From a virus: a stretch of 64,000 bases of DNA. Numbering within the stretch: position 1 is the stretch's first letter; every line of letters begins with the position of its first letter. Below, piece by piece: positions 57,912 to 64,000 of the stretch. The position numbers and the translations under genes are program-made. The DNA lies in IMG/VR virus record IMGVR_UViG_3300008261_000018, positions 1 through 64,000 of that record, one strand, 5' to 3'. The notes beneath the pieces were generated by a model. It was not told the origin of the DNA and did not search any database. It saw only the letters and a program-made list of their open reading frames with translations.

Positions 57912-58360
57912 CACTACTGCCCCGGAGGGCTGCGAGGCTCTTTATCCTCGCACTTGCTCTTTGTCATCGAGCAAGGTCAGACTATATCTTCACCATCCTT
58001 GAACATCTGAAGACCCCCTTGAACGCGTTGTCGCGCGAAGCGCTTGAGCTGAGCGCTTACGCCTGGAACGCAAGTACAGGGTCTTCTTCAGTTGACAAGG
58101 TGCAGGTGCGGGGCACTCGTGGGTCCTTTACCGAGTTTCCTCTCGGGACCTAGTCGTTGAACCTGCCGGCTTGTTGGCCGGATTGGCTGCTGATTACCCA
58201 TGCAGCGACAGGATTTTTAAGCTTTCACGATTGCCCTTCCGGGCTGCGTTGTAGCTCCTGAGCTTTTTCCGACCGCTGGCTTGGTCGGGAAGGGCTTCCA
58301 GCAATTCACCCCGTGTTGCCCTAGACGTTTCCGACTAGGCGACCACAAGCCTTTGGGCCG
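57912..58360 (-). mobile_element. Group I intron (449 nt, no internal ORF) in major capsid gene
   Basis: P GAAUUGCUGGAA (58296-58307), Q AAUCAGCAGCC (58185-58195), R GUUCAACGACUA (58151-58162), S AAGAUAUAGUCU (57979-57990); P1 GACU/GGUC with U-G at the 5' splice site; terminal G. Confidence 0.93.
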
Positions 58361-58778
58361 AGTCATCCAGCAATGTCAGGCTTCCAATCGACTGATGGAA
58401 GACGTTCAGGTTGCCGGTATCCAGCAGCAGGCGCTGGGCGGTCAGCAGGGTCTCACGAGCCACCTTGAAGGTGGACGGAGCGGTGGGATCAAGGGGATCA
58501 GCGGGACCGGTGTACTCCTTGAGCGTCACCAGGACCTTGTCCTTGACGATATTGCGGCTAGATGCAGTGCCCAGCGTTTGATCGGCAGTGCGCTCGCGGG
58601 AATCCTTGTTGCCAGGATTGCCCCAGAAGCGGTAACGATCGAGCTGAACAGTCTGGCCCGGCTGCTTGGCGAAGTCATGCACGACGACGGGCTCAACCGC
58701 CATCTCGATGATGTAGCCAGGGTGGGGCCGATAAAGCTCTGCGCCTAGCAGCTTGGGAAAGTCATTATCGATCCACAT
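58361..58778 (-). CDS. Major capsid protein, exon 1
   Basis: MWIDNDFPKLLGAELYRPHP...KQPGQTVQLDRYRF; spliced CDS is 1143 nt (380 aa). Confidence 0.85.
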
Positions 58779-58868
58779 GGGTCGACAGGCTCCTCAGCTG
58801 GTAGAAGAAACAGCACGCAGAACGCGCGCTTGCTCTTACTATAAAGTCGATTTGTAGGGTGAAAAAAT

Positions 58869-59582
58869 TTGGACGCGGCGGATGTCCGAGGCCTCCTGGG
58901 CCTACTCCTCCCTGACGGCAGCCTTGTCCCATATCGCAGTCCAGCAGGGGGTTACATCCAGCTGACGCTGACTGCTGGGGTTTCTGAGTCCGCATTTCTC
59001 GAGGACAAGGTCGCCGAATTTCGGCAATTCATCTCGACTTCGGCCGAAATTATTCCCTACAAGACGCGCCCCCGCGCCAACGGCAAGACGACCGAGGTGC
59101 TGCGCTTTCGGGTCTCGACCAACAAGCTGCGCCCTGTTTACAACCTTCTCTACCCGGGCGGCGAACGGCAAATCACTCAGAACGCTCTGGATCTCCTGGG
59201 CGCCAAGGCTGCCGCGTGGTGCTGGGCCGAAGGAGCTCGGCTGAACCGTGATGGATCTTCGTGCCTAGCCCGCGTCGGTAACTCCGTCGATGAAGGACAC
59301 ATGGTGTCGTCGTGGATTGAAGTCCTCACCGGCGCACGCTCCGAGATCGAGGGAGAACTGATCAAGCCAAGGCTTCGTTTTGATGCCGAACAGACCCGCA
59401 AGATCCGGGAGTCCTTGGCTCCCTACGCACCGCCCAGTCGTCAACACCTTTTCACCGGAGAGCAGTGGGATGTCCACTCAATTCGTAGCGCGCGTACTGA
59501 GCTACAGCATCGGCAAGGGGAAAATTGCTCTCAAGGGGAGCCGCAAGAGGCCCTGGCTGGAACTCAAGCGACCCGAGACTGA
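58869..59582 (+). CDS. Free-standing LAGLIDADG (two-motif) homing endonuclease-like protein 1
   Basis: GLLLPDGSL (motif 1), LYNLLYP, AAAWCWAEG (motif 2). Confidence 0.7.
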   Translation: MDAADVRGLLGLLLPDGSLVPYRSPAGGYIQLTLTAGVSESAFLEDKVAEFRQFISTSAEIIPYKTRPRANGKTTEVLRFRVSTNKLRPVYNLLYPGGERQITQNALDLLGAKAAAWCWAEGARLNRDGSSCLARVGNSVDEGHMVSSWIEVLTGARSEIEGELIKPRLRFDAEQTRKIRESLAPYAPPSRQHLFTGEQWDVHSIRSARTELQHRQGENCSQGEPQEALAGTQATRD

Positions 59583-60048
59583 GCGCGCGTATCTCGGTTC
59601 CCAGGTCTACCAGCTACGCAAACTCCATCCCGGGGAGCTCGAGATCTTCTGGGACCGAGTGCCAACCGAGGGTTTCTACGACCTCGATCGAGCCAGGATT
59701 CAAAGCGATGAACTCTGGCGCGCCTACGAGCTCCTCTACCCCCGCGACAAATTCACGCTGTCACCGACCGTGCTCGAGCTCACGGGGCTCCAGGGCGCTT
59801 GCGCGCTCTGGCTTGATCACGGCTCCTGGTATGGCCGAGCAGGGGAGATCACAGGGGGCTACAGCCCTCACGAGAAGAAGCTCATCGGTGAGTGGTTGAC
59901 CTCTTTGGGTTTCGAGGCCGCGAACAAGCGCGTTGACAGCCGATGCCGCCTTTGCATCTCCCCTGATTCGATGCGCAAATTCATCCCGGCGATCCGCCCG
60001 CTCGTACACGCATCGATGCGTAGCAAGCTTCAACGTAAAAGGACCTAG
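59470..60048 (+). CDS. LAGLIDADG-like protein 2, acidic catalytic residues apparently lost
   Basis: SYSIGKGKI (D to K), YELLYP, ALWLDHG (DDG to DHG), ...F...IRP.VH.SM..KL C-terminus typical of LAGLIDADG_2. Confidence 0.65.
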   Translation: MSTQFVARVLSYSIGKGKIALKGSRKRPWLELKRPETERAYLGSQVYQLRKLHPGELEIFWDRVPTEGFYDLDRARIQSDELWRAYELLYPRDKFTLSPTVLELTGLQGACALWLDHGSWYGRAGEITGGYSPHEKKLIGEWLTSLGFEAANKRVDSRCRLCISPDSMRKFIPAIRPLVHASMRSKLQRKRT

Positions 60049-60116
60049 GCTGAATTCTGCCCCGAAGCAGAACTACGTCAGGGGCCTCCAGGAGTTCGAG
60101 TTTTTGTAGTTTCCTC

Positions 60117-60281
60117 GTGGCGATTCCAGATCAGACGGAACAGCAGCAGCCCCCTCCCTCGCCCAATCCGAGCCAGCGCGGGGAGACCGACTACTGCATT
60201 GCCTCCGGCCTCAGGCGGAAGTTTCTCGATTACTGCTACGAAAATCCAGGCGCCGAGGAGTGCCGGATCTATGACGTCTAG
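60117..60281 (+). CDS. CP12-like peptide (C-terminal CP12 motif only)
   Basis: Read manually: ...FLDYCYENPGAEECRIYDV matches CP12 C-terminal C..NP...EC..YD. Confidence 0.7.
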   Translation: MAIPDQTEQQQPPPSPNPSQRGETDYCIASGLRRKFLDYCYENPGAEECRIYDV

Positions 60282-60341
60282 CCCACCTCGGAGGGCCTGA
60301 ATCAATCTCTTAGACTGCATTCATCGCGATAGCCTCGCCAG

Positions 60342-60782
60342 ATGGCAGTCTTCAATAAACTGAATGGCTTTGTCGAGCATCTCAGCCTTGGCGTCCACAA
60401 CCTGGCGACCAACCAGCTCGTCATCGCTCTAAGCAACGTCAACCCTACCGCCGAAGCGACTCCGCCGACCGGGACGACCGCTAACTGCATCCTGGCCAAT
60501 GTGACGCAGGTCTCATACACCAACCTAAGCAGCCGCAATATCACCACAACAAGCTCCGCGCAGTCGTCCGGAACTTACAGGCTCGTTCTCGCAGACTTGA
60601 CCCTTAATGCGACAGGGACCGTCGGCCCTTTCCGCTATGTCTACGTCTTCAATGACACTCCGACTTCCCCGGCGGACCCGTTGATTGGTTATTACGACTA
60701 CGGCTCGTCGCTAACTCTCAGCAACGGCGAAAGTCTCACTATTGACTTCGATCAAGTGAACGGCGCCCTGACCCTCGCGTAA
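60342..60782 (+). CDS. Virion/tail structural protein
   Basis: [12 protein letters not shown]...[16 protein letters not shown]...IDF; TAGACT hexamer upstream. Confidence 0.75.
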   Translation: MAVFNKLNGFVEHLSLGVHNLATNQLVIALSNVNPTAEATPPTGTTANCILANVTQVSYTNLSSRNITTTSSAQSSGTYRLVLADLTLNATGTVGPFRYVYVFNDTPTSPADPLIGYYDYGSSLTLSNGESLTIDFDQVNGALTLA

Positions 60783-60805
60783 ATCCTGACGCAGGGGGCG
60801 GGGCG

Positions 60806-62878
60806 ATGTCTATTTCTTTCATCTCAACTGCGGTTAGTTCCGCCACAACCCTTGCTCTCCCAGCGCATCAGGCAGGGGACGTCATCGTACTACTTGCCTA
60901 CAACTCACTTAGTAGCACATATCCAACCATCCCGATCGCCTCGGGAACGGTCCCCGCTTGGTCCAATGTAACCAATAATACGAGCGGAACCAGCGCGGGG
61001 CGACTGCTTTACGCGGTTGCCAGCAGTAGCTCGCATACCAGTGGCACCTGGACAAACGCTACCAGGCTCCTCGCAGTTGTTTACAGGGGCGCGTCGCGAA
61101 TTTCTCAGGGGTCCGTCGCGACCGGCAGCGGGACTAGCCTCTTCCATCCCTCCCTGACCCCATCCGAGGGGGCCGCTGGGAACAATATTGACGCAGTGCT
61201 CCGGGTATCCGCGCACAAGAGCGCAACCAACCTTAGCCAATCAGTTACCGGCTACACCTTCCGGAACGGTACAAGCAGTAGCACTGGCTCGACCGCCCTT
61301 CGTGATCAAGTCCAGTCCACAAGCTCTCTACCCAGCCTGTCCTTAAGTGTTAACGCGTCAAACTCTTATATAGCCTTTACTGCGATCCTTAGGGATAACA
61401 ATAGACGGCTAATCGCCGACACGCGTAACTATGTCGCGGCAGGTGCCAATGCGGTCGTATTCAGGCCGCTACCACCCTTCCCGGTCGATAGCAGCACGTA
61501 TGCATTACTTGGTGGAGTCACCGAGTTCTCCCCTGGGGTCTTCTTCGACGGGGCGGCAGGTGTATTCGCGTGCACGGGCAGTGACGCAACCCTTCGGTAC
61601 AATCAAAACCTGCTGCACGCTACTCGGCAACGCTACCAGGCCGAAGGCCCTGCGGCGGTTCTTAACTTTACTCGCCGAATCTACGCCGATGGCGGCGTTT
61701 TCGGATTAAGTGGTGGCGTCGTCACCTACCCACGCGGATACTATCTCGATCCTCTTAGTGTCCCGTATAACGTCGTAGCCCCCGAAGCCTTTCTAAAGGC
61801 GTCACTCCGCTTCATCCTGCTTAGGGGCGCGTTCAGCGTCACTGGCCGCTCAAACGCTTTCTATCGCGGCTACATCATTAACTCCAGCCCGGGCGCTTTC
61901 GCTGCAACCTGGTACGTCAGTCAGCTATATCTTTACGCTCGTGTCGTTGGTGTCTCCGCCTCCTACGAGGCCAACTGGCCTGATACGCCATTAAAGCGTG
62001 CCTTAATTGGGCTTATTTCGAGTGGCACCTTTACCTGGACCCTCAACCAAAGCGGCTTCCAATTTACCCCTCCAGCGCCTGCAAGCGGCCAACCGCGACC
62101 ACGCGCGCTGAATCCCTACGGCGGCAGTGACGACACCGGCGGATCTTTTGTCCGGCCTCAGTACGTCAAGTACAACTCTGCTAGTAAAGCGAAGGATTTC
62201 GGCATCGTCAGTAACCTCTTCTCGATAGCGGAGGGTGAGCTGGGCGGTCAGGCGGGCTCGAACACCGCTTTCTATAAGGTCGAGACCGATGGTCCCGCCC
62301 AGCTCTTTATCCAAAACAACACCGACTCCGCATTCACGAAGAACTACATTTCAGTCGGCGTCCTGGATTCAACCCGCAAGCCACTATCGCTTACCCCTCA
62401 AGGCTTCGCATATCTAAACGACAATGCGGCGACTCCAGCCCTCGAGTCAGCGGAATCCCTCCCGCCTGGGATCTATTACTTCACCATCTCCTGCAATCAG
62501 TGGCAAGCCATACCTTTCACTGTGACCATGCAGGTCATTCGCTTTAAGCCATTGATCGGTGCGGCAGGTGGAACCTTCGCCCCCTATGGACGGTTCGCCC
62601 AGGCCAAACTCTTCAGCGTTGCGACGCTGACCGCCCCATTCACGGGTACCATTCCTCCAGATAGCGCTATTGATCGGCTGTCTGGCGTGGCAACAGTGAC
62701 TGCGACTCCCTTGCTGTCATTGGCAATTATGCGTGGCGCCGCAGTTGGAACAATGGTTCCTTACGGCAGGCTCAAGCAGACTCATCGCATCTCGGGTACT
62801 GCAATTGGCAATGGGAACAGCATCGCCACCCTGAGCTCCATACCCCCCTATGGCGGTGGCTATGGCGGCGGCTATTAG
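60806..62878 (+). CDS. Tail/baseplate-like structural protein
   Basis: 690 aa Ser/Thr/Gly-rich beta protein between structural genes. Confidence 0.65.
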   Translation: MSISFISTAVSSATTLALPAHQAGDVIVLLAYNSLSSTYPTIPIASGTVPAWSNVTNNTSGTSAGRLLYAVASSSSHTSGTWTNATRLLAVVYRGASRISQGSVATGSGTSLFHPSLTPSEGAAGNNIDAVLRVSAHKSATNLSQSVTGYTFRNGTSSSTGSTALRDQVQSTSSLPSLSLSVNASNSYIAFTAILRDNNRRLIADTRNYVAAGANAVVFRPLPPFPVDSSTYALLGGVTEFSPGVFFDGAAGVFACTGSDATLRYNQNLLHATRQRYQAEGPAAVLNFTRRIYADGGVFGLSGGVVTYPRGYYLDPLSVPYNVVAPEAFLKASLRFILLRGAFSVTGRSNAFYRGYIINSSPGAFAATWYVSQLYLYARVVGVSASYEANWPDTPLKRALIGLISSGTFTWTLNQSGFQFTPPAPASGQPRPRALNPYGGSDDTGGSFVRPQYVKYNSASKAKDFGIVSNLFSIAEGELGGQAGSNTAFYKVETDGPAQLFIQNNTDSAFTKNYISVGVLDSTRKPLSLTPQGFAYLNDNAATPALESAESLPPGIYYFTISCNQWQAIPFTVTMQVIRFKPLIGAAGGTFAPYGRFAQAKLFSVATLTAPFTGTIPPDSAIDRLSGVATVTATPLLSLAIMRGAAVGTMVPYGRLKQTHRISGTAIGNGNSIATLSSIPPYGGGYGGGY

Positions 62879-62930
62879 AACTAGCCGGCTTCAAGAACTT
62901 GCCAGAATGGTTCAGTAGAGAAGTAAGTCC

Positions 62931-63353
62931 ATGGCGTTCTCGCAGTATTTTGCAACCCAGGTATTGAACTGGGTCAAGGGATCTCCGTTTCCTACTGCGC
63001 TATCGAATGTCTACGTGTCCTTGCACACCGGCGATCCCGGCTCGGCTGGCACATCGAATGATGTAACCGGCACCATCAAAGGCAGTGCAACCCGGACTAC
63101 TGTCTCGAGCGCAGCATTTACCGCCGTCGCATCTGCATCGGGCGGCGGCTTCGAGATCACTAACACTGGCGTGGTGCAGATCACAACCAGTGCCGTGAAT
63201 ACAACAACTCAGACCGTTACGCATTTCGGTATTTGGGATGCCGCAACTGGCGGCAACTTCCTCGCCTCTGGTGCACTGACAACCTCTGTCGGTGTCCAGC
63301 TTGGTGACACCGTTCAATTCAATATCGGCGCCATGGCCGTGCGTGTGATCTGA
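62931..63353 (+). CDS. Phage tail fibre-like structural protein
   Basis: YVSLHTGDPG...TVTHFGIWDAATGGNFL..GAL...GD...F. Confidence 0.75.
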   Translation: MAFSQYFATQVLNWVKGSPFPTALSNVYVSLHTGDPGSAGTSNDVTGTIKGSATRTTVSSAAFTAVASASGGGFEITNTGVVQITTSAVNTTTQTVTHFGIWDAATGGNFLASGALTTSVGVQLGDTVQFNIGAMAVRVI

Positions 63354-63487
63354 TGGCTAAGGTCAAGAAAAGCCCAACCGGCGCCATCCACAAGGAGCCA
63401 GTCGAGAAGATCACGCGCCAGGGAAACGGTCGACGCAGTCGCGCCAGTCACGGCCGCAAGCTGCGTCGCGGTCAAGGGAAGGGCTGA
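63353..63487 (+). CDS. Small basic protein MAKVKKSPTGAIHKEPVEKITRQGNG...RGQGKG
   Basis: Read manually; K.TRQG.G...RGQG motif common in aquatic phages. Confidence 0.6.
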   Translation: MAKVKKSPTGAIHKEPVEKITRQGNGRRSRASHGRKLRRGQGKG

Positions 63488-63501
63488 GAGTCTCGCCCTC
63501 C

Positions 63502-64000
63502 TTAGTAATTCCAGACAGTCGCCGGCTTCACGCCCGCCCGGGCATGGAAACACCCGCCATTCCTGGTGTCGATATGGATAAAGCCCTTGGGGCGCCCATC
63601 GCCATACCCGCCACTCCAGCGTTGAATCAGCCAGCGGTGGAAGTTCTCGAGTGATTCACCGATCGGATAAATATCGAGCGCCATGCCCTTTGTGTGGTAC
63701 GAACCAGGGACGCCACCAACTTGTCGATTGATTGGCTCAGGCCTGTAACCGCTAGTCACACCCAATGGTCCGTCCCAGCTCTTGCGAATGGCGTCGAACT
63801 CCTTGCAGATCTTGATGATCTCTTTTTCTTCCTGGCTCCCCGCCTTTGGCTTACGCCTCGCGTCGTACTGAAGCACTTCGCCAACGGTGATATATTCGCC
63901 AACGCGCGCACCGAAATCTCCCCAGTTGATGGCGGTTGTTGGCGCTAAGCCAGGCTTGGCTGTTTCCTCTCGCCAGTGAGGCAGGAAGAGCACCCATTTT
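63502..64000 (-). CDS. Peptidase M15 endolysin (5' end beyond window)
   Basis: VTSGYRP...N..VGG...S.H..G.A.DI...FIHID. Confidence 0.85.
   Translation of the reverse strand, partial: KWVLFLPHWREETAKPGLAPTTAINWGDFGARVGEYITVGEVLQYDARRKPKAGSQEEKEIIKICKEFDAIRKSWDGPLGVTSGYRPEPINRQVGGVPGSYHTKGMALDIYPIGESLENFHRWLIQRWSGGYGDGRPKGFIHIDTRNGGCFHARAGVKPATVWNY

Noticed and set aside
57839-58153. Intron-encoded homing endonuclease ORF
   Set aside because: The ORF is short, antisense to the intron and has no nuclease motifs; the region is explained by intron hairpins
1-64000. tRNA/rRNA genes, terminase, portal, DNA polymerase
   Set aside because: None recognised by eye; terminase and portal probably lie outside the window, and tRNAscan would be needed to exclude tRNAs

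Overview
This 64 kb window is most of the genome of a GC-rich tailed phage, almost certainly a cyanophage of Synechococcus/Cyanobium-type hosts. The host assignment rests on two NblA-like genes, a CP12-like peptide, DUF3288 and DUF4278-like genes and an RHH_5-like regulator. Layout: (1) about 1-20 kb, mostly + strand small early genes behind a 4-copy CAGCRGTGCATT motif. (2) About 18-34 kb, replication and nucleotide metabolism (SSB, PD-(D/E)XK nuclease, XRE regulator, primase/VapE helicase followed by a putative origin, dCMP deaminase, ThyX, DUF5664). (3) A large serine recombinase at 36.5-37.7 kb. (4) About 38-64 kb, mostly - strand virion and lysis genes. Highlights: the major capsid gene is split by a 449-nt ORF-less group I intron (57912-58360) and is divergently flanked by two free-standing LAGLIDADG genes, one apparently catalytically dead. 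There is a variant glutamine-II riboswitch ahead of an unannotated DUF4278-like peptide. Two unexplained highly structured non-coding regions lie at 14.5 kb and 21.5 kb. A duplicated two-gene cassette of polyglycine receptor-binding-like proteins shows patches of local sequence identity and one in-frame stop. Late genes are preceded by -10-like hexamers at a near-fixed 25-26 nt from the start codon. All calls come from motif recognition by eye; no database searches or folding programs were run.
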